Part shown: positions 9,702 through 17,983 of the stretch, in pieces | Layout: each line of letters begins with the position of its first letter | Numbering within the stretch: the first letter of the stretch is position 1 | Assembly: GCA_964291415.2 (NCBI GenBank) | Contig: OZ219920.1 | Span: 544,001 to 608,000 of the forward strand | From: Alphaproteobacteria bacterium | GTDB taxonomy: Bacteria > Pseudomonadota > Alphaproteobacteria > SP197 | Length of the DNA: 64,000 nt | Reading direction: 5' to 3' | The notes under the pieces: generated by a model | What the model was told of the DNA's origin: nothing | Seen by the model: the letters and a program-made list of their open reading frames with translations, nothing else | The model's database searches: none | Program-made: the position numbers and the translations under genes

Positions 9702-9920
9702 TCATCGTGCGCCCAGCCTGTCCGCCTCCGCCGTCGTGGTGGCCCGGCGCCGCGCCGCCCATGCGTCCAGATCCGACCGGCAATAGCGCACCCGGTTGCC
9801 GAAGCGGTGGAACGCCGGCCCGGCGCCGCTCACGCGGTAGCCGTCGAGCGTGCGCGGGCCGAGGCCGAGATAGGCCGCCGCGCGCCTTGTGTCGAAGAAT
9901 CCGCTCTCGTCGCCGCTCAT
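9702..9920 (-). CDS. Excisionase/AlpA-like small HTH protein, copy 2
   Basis: Near-identical to 5844-6062. Confidence 0.85.
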   Translation of the reverse strand: MSGDESGFFDTRRAAAYLGLGPRTLDGYRVSGAGPAFHRFGNRVRYCRSDLDAWAARRRATTTAEADRLGAR

Positions 9921-10638
9921 GCCGTTCCCTCTCGATTGCCGAATGCGCCGGACCTTCCGCACCGCCGGCCCGCTCCCGCCGACGCAGAAAAGGTAGGCGG
10001 AGCCGCGCGGGTGTTCAAAGCCGACGGTTAGGGGAAATCCTCTATTGCCCCGCCGTCCGCGCGCTTGCACGCGCTCGGGCGCGGCGGCCGCGCCTGCGCC
10101 CGCCAGACAGCCATCGCGGGCACGCCCGGCGCCCACGATCCGCCTTCTTGAAGGCAGCGAACCGGGTCACGAGTTGCGGTTCCCTCACGGGCTGACGACG
10201 GCCATGCGATCGACGCGTCTGCCTGGCCGCGGCAGCCGCTGTAGGTGACGGTCGAGAACTGCATTTATTTGCTGGAGTTTGTCGCCTGCGCGCGGCGTTG
10301 GGATGACGTCCTGTTTGGCATTTGAGGGCCTTCTCTGTCGGAGCTGTGGGTAAATGGCCCGGCGCCGCGACCGCCACGAGTCTGGCGGCGGCGGGCCATT
10401 TATCCATAGCGGTCAGCCGTCTCGATTTTGATTTTGCCGGGCTGGCGGCGGTTCCGCGGCCCTGACAGCGAGACCTGCGGAACTAGACTGAGGCCGCTGA
10501 GAACGATGCGGCGCCGGCCCCGTCTGCTTGGTGGCAACGACCGGCGCCGCACCCCCCGAGCCATGCAAGGCGCGGCCCGTATGCGCAGTATCGTGCGCGC
10601 TCGGGCGCGGGTCCACCCCGTTCTCATCGGTTGTCGCG

Positions 10639-11070
10639 ATGAAGAACGCCGCCCGCCTGTTCACCTGCGCCTCGTGCCGTCGCCAGGTGGTTCTCTGCCG
10701 GCGCTGCGACCACGGCAACATCTACTGTTCGCGGCGCTGCAGCGACCGGGCGCGGCGTCGGTCGGTGCGCCTTGCCGGGCAGCGCTACCAGAACAGCCGC
10801 CGGGGCCGTCACAAGCATGCCGAGCGTCAGAGGCGCTACCGCGAACGCCGCTGCCCGGCGTCGGCGGCTCCGGCCAGGGTGCAGAAAGTGACGCATCACC
10901 CTTTGACCGCCGCGCGGTGGCGTCCTGTTGTGACGCGCATGTCGGCGGGGCGATCCGGAACCCGGCCCTTCGGGCACGACCGTCCCGCCAGAGTGTTCCG
11001 CTGCGATCACTGCGGGCGGTTCTGCGCCCGCGCGGTCTATCCGGGCCTGCGCCCGGCGCGAAGGGAGTGA
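10639..11070 (+). CDS. Cys-rich basic putative Zn-binding protein inside the IS21 element
   Basis: CASC...CRRC...YCSRRC and a C-terminal CDHC; stop 1 nt before the istA ATG. Confidence 0.7.
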   Translation: MKNAARLFTCASCRRQVVLCRRCDHGNIYCSRRCSDRARRRSVRLAGQRYQNSRRGRHKHAERQRRYRERRCPASAAPARVQKVTHHPLTAARWRPVVTRMSAGRSGTRPFGHDRPARVFRCDHCGRFCARAVYPGLRPARRE

Positions 11071-11071
11071 G

Positions 11072-12577
11072 ATGGCCATCGACAAGCAGACCCGCGCCGA
11101 GATCCTTCGCCTGTATTTTGCCGAGAAGTGGAAGATCGGCACGATCGCGCGTCAGCTCGGCGTTCATCACAACACGGTCGACCGTATCGTCGGCGAGGCC
11201 GGGGTGCCCGTGCATCTGAGAGGGCGCAGGCCCTCCAGGATCGACCCCTTCCTGCCCTTCATCCGCCAGACCCTGGCGACCTGGCCCAAGCTGCCCTCCA
11301 CCCGGCTCTACCAGATGGCCGTAGAACGCGGCTACCGGGGCAGCCAGAGCCACTTCCGCAACGTGATCGCCCCCGAGCGTCCCAGGCCCGTGGCCGAGGC
11401 CTATCTGCGCCTCAACGCGCTTCCCGGCGAGCAGGGCCAGGTCGACTGGGCGCACTTCGGCAAGGTGAGGATCGGGCGGGCCGAGCGCCCGTTGATGGCC
11501 TTCGTGATGGTGCTCGGCCACTCACGGCGCCTCTTCCTGCGCTTCTACCTCAATGCCGGCATGGACAACTTCCTGCGCGGCCATGTCGAGGCCTTCGAGG
11601 CGTGGCAGGGTGTGCCCCGCGAGCTCTGGTACGACAACCTGAAGAGCGTCGTGCTGGAGCGCCATGGCGATGCCATCCGCTTCAACCCCCGGTTCCTCGA
11701 CTTCGCCGGTCATTACCGCTTCCTGCCGAAGCCCGTCGCGGTCGCCCGCGGCAACGAGAAGGGGCGCGTGGAGCGGGCCATACGCTATGTCCGCGACAGC
11801 TTCTTCGCCGCCCGCGCCTGGCGCGACATCGACGAACTCAACGACCGGGCCCGGGCCTGGTGCGACGGCATCGCCGCCGACCGTCCGTGGCCGGACGACC
11901 GCTCCCTGTCCGTGCGCGAGGCCTTCGAGCGCGAGTGCGGCTCTCTCCTCGCGCTGCCCGACGACCGGCCCCCGGTCGACGAGCGCGTCGAAGTCAGGAT
12001 CGGCAAGACGCCTTACGCCCGGTTCGACCTGAACGACTACAGTGTCCCGCATACCCATGTGCGGCGCACCCTCACCGTGGTCGCGACGCTGGAGCAGGTG
12101 CGCATCCTCGACGGCCTGGACGTCATCGCCAGCCATCCGCGCAGCTTCGACAAGGCGGCCCGCATCGAGAACCCCGAGCACATCGAGGAACTGGTCAGGC
12201 ACAAGCATCACGCGCACCGCCTGCGCGGGCAGAGCCGGCTGCTCCAGGCCGCCCCCAACAGCGAACTCCTGCTCGCCGAGACCGCAAAACGCGGCGGCTA
12301 CATGGGCGCTACCGTCGCCGCCCTGCTGCGCCTGCTCGACCAGTATGGCGCCGCTGAACTCGAGGCGGCCATCGACGAGGCCCTGAAGCGGGACGTTCCC
12401 CATCCCAACGCCGTGCGGCTCAGCCTCACCCGGCGCCGCGAGCAGCAAGACCGGCCTCCGCCCATCCCCGTCGAGCTGCCCAGGGATCCGAGAGTGCGCG
12501 ACATCGCCGTCCGCGATCACGACCTCGGCGGATACGACGGGCTGGTCGAAGACCCCGAAGAGGACAGCGAAGAATGA
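11072..12577 (+). CDS. istA: IS21 transposase IstA
   Basis: PGEQGQVDW, YDNLKS, KGRVER DDE motifs. Confidence 0.96.
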   Translation: MAIDKQTRAEILRLYFAEKWKIGTIARQLGVHHNTVDRIVGEAGVPVHLRGRRPSRIDPFLPFIRQTLATWPKLPSTRLYQMAVERGYRGSQSHFRNVIAPERPRPVAEAYLRLNALPGEQGQVDWAHFGKVRIGRAERPLMAFVMVLGHSRRLFLRFYLNAGMDNFLRGHVEAFEAWQGVPRELWYDNLKSVVLERHGDAIRFNPRFLDFAGHYRFLPKPVAVARGNEKGRVERAIRYVRDSFFAARAWRDIDELNDRARAWCDGIAADRPWPDDRSLSVREAFERECGSLLALPDDRPPVDERVEVRIGKTPYARFDLNDYSVPHTHVRRTLTVVATLEQVRILDGLDVIASHPRSFDKAARIENPEHIEELVRHKHHAHRLRGQSRLLQAAPNSELLLAETAKRGGYMGATVAALLRLLDQYGAAELEAAIDEALKRDVPHPNAVRLSLTRRREQQDRPPPIPVELPRDPRVRDIAVRDHDLGGYDGLVEDPEEDSEE

Positions 12578-13389
12578 CCGATACCCTCAAGAACCGTGCC
12601 CTGGCCCTCGGCCTGCACGGCCTCGTCTCCCACTGGGGCGACATCGGCGAGACCGGATGGCTCCCAACCCTGATCACATGGGAAGAGGAGGAACGGCGTA
12701 GCCGTAGCCTCAAACGCCGCCTCGGCACCGCCCGCATCGGACGCTTCAAGCCCCTCGCAGACTTCGACTGGGACTGGCCAAGGCGCTGTGACCGCATGGC
12801 CGTCGAGGACCTCATGAGCCTCGACTTCCTCGACGAAGGCGCCAACGTCGTCCTCATCGGACCCAACGGCGTCGGCAAGTCGACCATTGCCGCAAATATC
12901 GCCCACCGCGCCGTGCTCGAAGGCCATACCGTGCGCTTCGCCACTGCCGCCAGCCTGCTCGGCGAACTCGCCGCCATCGACTCCGATACCCTGCTACAGC
13001 GCAAGCTCCGCTTCTACGCCCGACAGCACCTCCTGGTGATCGACGAAGTCGGATATCTCTCCTACTCCAACCGCCATGCCGACCTGCTGTTCAATATCGT
13101 CTCCAGCCGCAGCCAGAAGCGCTCCACCATCATCACAACAAACCGGCCCTTCGCCGAGTGGAGCGAGGCCTTCCCGAACGCCGCCTGCCTCGTGGCCCTG
13201 GTCGACCGGCTCGTCCACAACGCCGAAATCCTCGCCATCGACGGCGACTCATATCGCCGAAAGGAAGCCGAGGAACGTCAGAAGGTCCGAAGCGCCGAGC
13301 GCCGCCGCCGGCGGAGCGCGAAAGACAGGCAGACTACCGGAAAGGCACGTGAAGCCGAACCCGGAACGCCGCCGAACTCCAGCAAATAA
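12574..13389 (+). CDS. istB: IS21 helper ATPase IstB
   Basis: Walker A GPNGVGKS, Walker B LLVIDEVGY, DRLVH. Confidence 0.96.
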   Translation: MTDTLKNRALALGLHGLVSHWGDIGETGWLPTLITWEEEERRSRSLKRRLGTARIGRFKPLADFDWDWPRRCDRMAVEDLMSLDFLDEGANVVLIGPNGVGKSTIAANIAHRAVLEGHTVRFATAASLLGELAAIDSDTLLQRKLRFYARQHLLVIDEVGYLSYSNRHADLLFNIVSSRSQKRSTIITTNRPFAEWSEAFPNAACLVALVDRLVHNAEILAIDGDSYRRKEAEERQKVRSAERRRRRSAKDRQTTGKAREAEPGTPPNSSK

Positions 13390-13478
13390 GTGCACTTCCT
13401 AACCGTCGCTAACAGCCGCCACCGTATCGCGTCGTCCTCCCGCCACCGCGTGACCGAACGGCAACAAACGATCTCGTA

Positions 13479-13595
13479 TTCGTTCGTTTAGCGGGTGATG
13501 ACGGTGGGCATTCCACCGAGGGCAGCCCTCTCCGCTCGGGCGGAATTGCGTGCCGCCGCTGGCCCGGCGATGGCATCACCCGCTGAACGAACGAA
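13479..13595. repeat. 22-bp inverted repeat enclosing two small hairpins
   Basis: TTCGTTCGTTTAGCGGGTGATG (13479-13500) versus CATCACCCGCTGAACGAACGAA (13574-13595), 21/22 complementary. Confidence 0.7.
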
Positions 13596-13764
13596 CATAC
13601 GATCTCTTGGCAGATCCTTCGTCCGGGGCGCATGCGCGCTTGCCGCGGCGCGCGGCTTCGGATCCGGATCGCTCTCTGGATGCTTACGGAGTTCGAATCG
13701 ATCCAGGTGGAAACGGAAAAAAACGTAGATATATTGGCTAGTTAGTGCGTTTCAGACCGTATCC

Positions 13765-13804
13765 TACTACATGCGCGTCCAGAACGACGCGATTCAGCTT
13801 TCAT
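13765..13804 (-). pseudogene. Remnant 5' end of a PIN toxin gene
   Basis: ATG overlapping the antitoxin 3' end reads MKAE/(frameshift)RVVLDAHV, like the PIN start RVVLDTNV, then breaks off. Confidence 0.45.
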
Positions 13805-14045
13805 CCGCCAGAAGCGATTCGAGTCGGGCCTCGGTCAAGCCATTCGCGCAAGCTTCCTCCCCCAAAGCATCCATCGTCGCAGTCAGGCGCTCCCACGCGG
13901 CTCCTCGAAGCCGCTCATACTGCTGCACCGACATGATCACGCCGACCGCGCGGCCCTTTCTGGTCACGCGCACGGGCGCGCTCTGCGCGTCATCGAGCAG
14001 GTGGCCGAAGCGATTCTTGGCTTCTCTCGCCGCTATCTCCTTCAT
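13794..14045 (-). CDS. Phd/YefM family antitoxin
   Basis: MKEIAAREAKNRFGHLLD...PVRVTRKGRAVGVIMSVQQYE. Confidence 0.92.
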   Translation of the reverse strand: MKEIAAREAKNRFGHLLDDAQSAPVRVTRKGRAVGVIMSVQQYERLRGAAWERLTATMDALGEEACANGLTEARLESLLADES

Positions 14046-14349
14046 GTAGCCATAACAGCCATAATGGCTTCCAATTGCAATCGCTGTCCGACTTGCGGAC
14101 CACCATGATCAAGGTGCGGTCGGGAACTCCCGGCCCCGCCTGATACCCCGCAAGGGTCTCAATTCCCGAAGGGTGGCCGGCGCGACCTCCCGGAATGGAA
14201 GAACGCCCACAGACTTGGTGGGCCCCTGGACAACTCTCCACCGGACACCGGGTCGAGGTCGAAGTGGAGGCCCCGAAACTCCGGGTCAGCAGGCCGGCCC
14301 GCGTCGCAGGACACTTCCCCTGTCGTAGTCGTTCTCGTCATCCAGCCGG

Positions 14350-14465
14350 GGGCATGGGGAACTTCCCCAAGGTTGATGCCGTGGGCGGTGGTGACGATCC
14401 GGCTTTGCGCGGCCTGGCGGAACACCTTGATCAGGGGCGCCGCCGGTACCGCGCCCGCCTCGACA
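14350..14465 (-). pseudogene. Fragment resembling a RecD2-like helicase
   Basis: AGAVPAAPLIKVFRQAAQSRIVTTAHGINLGEVP resembles the RecD2 FRQA...SRI...AH.IN.G motif. Confidence 0.5.
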
Positions 14466-14603
14466 AGGTTGCAGTCAATGCAATTGCGCTTGCCGGGCGA
14501 CACCCTTCTCGGTCTTGAAGGGTTGCTCCCTGACAGGGTGGAAGCGCCGCCGTCCAAGGGGCCAGGTCCCCGCCTGCACATGCCGGGCCGACGGGATCCC
14601 GTC

Positions 14604-15353
14604 TCAGTCGAGGGGCCTGATCGCCTTCATGATGAGGGTCGCCGGCACCATGTCGAGAATTCTCGGGACATACTTGGCGCGCAGGCCGAACCAGGGATCG
14701 TAGGGATAGCGAATTCGGGAGTCCGGCTCGACAATTCTCTCGACCGCCAAACCGGCGTCCACCAGAGCCTGGTGCAGGCTCGAGATGGTGTACCGGTGGA
14801 CCGTGACGTGGCCGTGCTCGCCCCTGTCGTCGAGACTTGGGCCCGTTTCGTTGCAGCTCTCGACGAGCATCAGGGTGTCACGATCGACCTTCCTGAAGAA
14901 GGGGTGCTCGAGCGAAAAGACAAAGACGCCGCCTGGCCGCAGGACGCGCATGACCTCGCGGAAGGTCCCGGTCCTGTCGGCCACGAACTGCAGGGCGAAC
15001 GCGGAGAACACGATGTCCATGCTCGCCGAGGCGATCGGCTCGAGGTCGCCCATGTCGTGTTGCACGAAGTCGATCTCGACGCCGTGCCGGACCGCCAGCG
15101 CCCGGGCGAAGCGGAGCTGCTCGACCGAGATATCGAGCGCGGTCGGCCGGGCCCCGCGCAGGGCAAACGCGACCGAACACTGGGCGCCGCCACATCCGAT
15201 CTCCAGGACGTCCCGCCCCTTGAGGTCGCCCAGCAGGTTGAGTTCGTCCTCGTTGGGGCTGCCCGGGCCGTAGTGGATGTCGACAGGGATGCGCGTGCCC
15301 GCCTGGTAGGCCCCGGAATAGCCTTCCCAGAATTCCTTGATGTCGTCCGTCAT
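14604..15353 (-). CDS. Class I SAM-dependent methyltransferase
   Basis: VLEIGCGGAQ, LDIS, RVLRPGGVFVFS. Confidence 0.93.
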   Translation of the reverse strand: MTDDIKEFWEGYSGAYQAGTRIPVDIHYGPGSPNEDELNLLGDLKGRDVLEIGCGGAQCSVAFALRGARPTALDISVEQLRFARALAVRHGVEIDFVQHDMGDLEPIASASMDIVFSAFALQFVADRTGTFREVMRVLRPGGVFVFSLEHPFFRKVDRDTLMLVESCNETGPSLDDRGEHGHVTVHRYTISSLHQALVDAGLAVERIVEPDSRIRYPYDPWFGLRAKYVPRILDMVPATLIMKAIRPLD

Positions 15354-15660
15354 GTCAGGAACCCCCGACGGCCGACTGGTCCTGCACCGGCGCGGCGCCT
15401 TGCTTCGACCCGAAACGCCCTTGCATCGCTTCCGGCTCTCCCTTTGCGGTCCGTCCGGCGCCTTGTCGTTCTCCCCTTGTGGCGGATCGGGGCCGGCGAT
15501 TCAAGCGACGACATGGACCGTCAGGCGCGCCAGACACCCTCCTGCAGGAGTTCGTCCGTCGCCGCCGACCCGGATCGAAGAGCGCCCGCAGACTTGCCCA
15601 CAACTACCAGGGGAGCCAACTCCTACACTATGTGGTGGGACTCAACCTCTGGTGGTTGGC

Positions 15661-16715
15661 TAGAGCGCAATCCTATCTGAGTGAATCGAAAGGGATTCCC
15701 AAGTCGTTTGTTTTGTGATTCACACTGTCTGCCGGGAAGGAGGCCGGCAGACATGTCGCAAGCGCTTTCCCTTGATCTTCGTGTTCGGGTCCTTGAGGCG
15801 GTGGCCGAGGGCCTGAGTCACCGCGCCGCTGCGGCCCGCTTTGGCGTGAGTGCGGCGAGTGTCAGCCGCTGGCGCAGACGGGCACACGTTGAGGGCGATC
15901 CTCGTCCGAGAGCGCTGGGCGGCGACCGTCGCTCGGGTCGCATCGAAGCGCATCGAACGCTGATCCTTGGCGTGCTGGCTGAGACGCCGGACAGCACCAT
16001 CGAAGAGTTGCGCCGCCTGCTCGCCAGGCGCGGGCTCGACTTTGGCTACGGCACGATCCAGCGCTTCCTCATCCGCCACCAGATGACGCGCAAGAAGAAG
16101 ACGGGCCACGCCAGCGAGCAGGACCGCCCGGACGTTCTCGATCGCCGGCAGGCGTGGCGCGAGAAACAGACCGCGCTCGATGCGACCCGTCTGGTCTTCA
16201 TCGACGAAACCTGGGCCAAGACCAACATGACCCGCAGCCATGGCCGCGCGCTCAAGGGCCAACGCCTACGCATGGGCCAGCCGCACAGTCACTGGAAGAC
16301 CTCGACCTTCGTCGCCGGGCTCACGCTTGGAGGCATGATCGCACCCTTCGTGCTCGACGGACCGATCAACCGTCTCGCCTTCGAGACCTACGTCGAGAGG
16401 GTGCTGGTCCCCGAACTGCGCCCGGGCGACATCGTCATCATGGACAACCTGTCCAGCCACAAGGGGCCAAGGGTCCGGGAAACGATTCAGACGGCCGGTG
16501 CCGAGCTCGTGTTCCTCCCGCCCTACTCACCCGATCTCAACCCGATCGAGATGGCCTTCTCCAAGCTCAAGGCGAACTTGCGCAAGGCCGCCGAGCGCAC
16601 CGTAGAAGGCCTGTGGAACGCCATCGCCCGCATTCTCGAAACCATCAAGCCCCAGGAATGCCGGAACTACTTCGCAGCCGCCGGATATGATCCAGCCTGA
16701 TCGGATAACGCTCTA
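15661..16715 (+). mobile_element. IS630-family insertion sequence
   Basis: TAGAGCG...CGCTCTA ends in a CTAG context (TA duplication). Confidence 0.9.
15753..16700 (+). CDS. IS630 transposase (single reading frame)
   Basis: FIDETW, MDNLSSHK, LPPYSPDLNPIE. Confidence 0.96.
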   Translation: MSQALSLDLRVRVLEAVAEGLSHRAAAARFGVSAASVSRWRRRAHVEGDPRPRALGGDRRSGRIEAHRTLILGVLAETPDSTIEELRRLLARRGLDFGYGTIQRFLIRHQMTRKKKTGHASEQDRPDVLDRRQAWREKQTALDATRLVFIDETWAKTNMTRSHGRALKGQRLRMGQPHSHWKTSTFVAGLTLGGMIAPFVLDGPINRLAFETYVERVLVPELRPGDIVIMDNLSSHKGPRVRETIQTAGAELVFLPPYSPDLNPIEMAFSKLKANLRKAAERTVEGLWNAIARILETIKPQECRNYFAAAGYDPA

Positions 16716-16998
16716 GAGCGGAAGATCCGGTCGCTTGCAGCGGTGCAGGCGAACGCACGTATGGAAGAATGATCGATCAAATCCCGGAGATTCGCCGCGC
16801 GTTCTTTGCGCGTTTCGCAACGGCACATGTCAGCGGTACACGGCGGGGCTCTTCTTCGAGCGAGCCAGTTCGAGGAAACGGGTCTTGATCCGCGCGAACA
16901 GCCCCGGCGGGATGTAACCGTAGCTGAGGGTATCCGGCCGACCGGGCACCGGAGACAGTCCGGCATTGGGCCATTGGGACATATATCGGAAAGTCACA

Positions 16999-17439
16999 TC
17001 ACACTTTCCGATCTACAGCATTGCACTCCAGCAATGTCAATGCATGGGCGGCCTTCGGGTCGAGTCGTTTGATCGGCGTTCCCGCGTTGCCCACACACGA
17101 GGCCCGGCCCATCACGCCGGGCCTCTTTGTGACTTTCGGATAGTAAGTCCCGGGCCATTCATCGATGTTGTGTTCCGATACGATCACCCAGTTCGGCGGG
17201 CCGTCCAGGCCCAAGGCCTGTCTGACGCGCGCCGGCATTTCGATGCCCACGGTATCGCCCTCGGGTCGTGCATGGGTGATCGGCAGCAGCACGACATGGC
17301 GCGGGCGATGCGTCGGGTCGGTGGCGGCTATCAGACAAGCAGGACGGTTCTTGCCCTGATCGCGGCCGGTGGCGGCCTCATGCGTCCAGAGAGTGTCGTA
17401 GCGGACGAGCAGGCCCGGCTTCGGATCGGGAAGCGTCAC
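16999..17439 (-). CDS. PemK/MazF-like toxin, C-terminus probably altered
   Basis: PKPGLLVRY..LW...GKNRPACL...VVLLPITH...LGLD...WVIVSEHN; the sequence after DEWPG looks unrelated. Confidence 0.7.
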   Translation of the reverse strand: MTLPDPKPGLLVRYDTLWTHEAATGRDQGKNRPACLIAATDPTHRPRHVVLLPITHARPEGDTVGIEMPARVRQALGLDGPPNWVIVSEHNIDEWPGTYYPKVTKRPGVMGRASCVGNAGTPIKRLDPKAAHALTLLECNAVDRKV

Positions 17440-17449
17440 CGTTTCGTCG

Positions 17450-17704
17450 TTACGTCAGCAGGTCGTCGAGCGGCTTGTGCTCCACATCCATCTCGGCGCG
17501 CTCCACCGCGTCGATCACCACATCGGCGGAATCTTCTGTACGATGGCTGCGCTGCGCCGAAGCTCGAAGCCAGTCATATTGCTCCGCGGACATGAGCACG
17601 AACTCTCGGCGCCCATGCCGGGTTATCTCCACCGGCTCGCGCTGCGCCTCGTGCTGGAACCGGCCGAACTTGCGCTGGAACTCAAGGGCGCTCACTCTGG
17701 GCAT
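17450..17704 (-). CDS. Phd/YefM family antitoxin
   Basis: VSALEFQRKFGRFQHEAQREPVEITRHGRREFVLMSAEQY. Confidence 0.9.
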   Translation of the reverse strand: MPRVSALEFQRKFGRFQHEAQREPVEITRHGRREFVLMSAEQYDWLRASAQRSHRTEDSADVVIDAVERAEMDVEHKPLDDLLT

Positions 17705-17809
17705 GGCAAACTCCCCAGATAACAAGGATCGGCCTCAATACACGTATAGACCGTAGAGTTGAAAGGGGCAGGCTCGCGAAGCTGTGCGCCGGTCCAGTCG
17801 GCCGCGTAT

Positions 17810-17925
17810 CCTCGGGTGCGGAAGGTCCGGCAGCCGCATGTCCGGTGATGCACGAAGCCGCAGGACCAGACGCGGTCCGTCCGCTCGGTACGCACCTTCA
17901 GCCCCTCGCGCCGCCGCACCACGCC
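17810..17925 (-). pseudogene. IS3-family transposase remnant
   Basis: RREGLKV...DRVWSCGFVHHRT..RTFR resembles the IS3 HVWSYDFVHDRT..GR.FR motif. Confidence 0.5.
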
Positions 17926-17983
17926 AGAGGCCCTGCGCACATCGCAGACAACGTCCGTTGCGTCAGCACACCTGTCGCAAGGG

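Larger units (their letters stand above)
10240..13414 (+). mobile_element. Complete IS21-family insertion sequence with a passenger ORF
   Basis: About 40-bp imperfect terminal IRs TGTAGGTGACGGTCGAGAACTGCATTTATTTGCTGGAGTT and (reverse complement) TGTTAGCGACGGTTAGGAAGTGCACTTATTTGCTGGAGTT; 5-bp target duplication GCCGC (10235-10239, 13415-13419). Confidence 0.93.

Noticed and set aside
14195-15600. Short similar stretches GAAGARCGCCCRCAGACTTG flanking the methyltransferase
   Set aside because: Only about 20 bp with no clear boundaries or recombinase link.
15753-16700. IS630 lacking a programmed frameshift as a novelty
   Set aside because: Single-ORF IS630 transposases are common.
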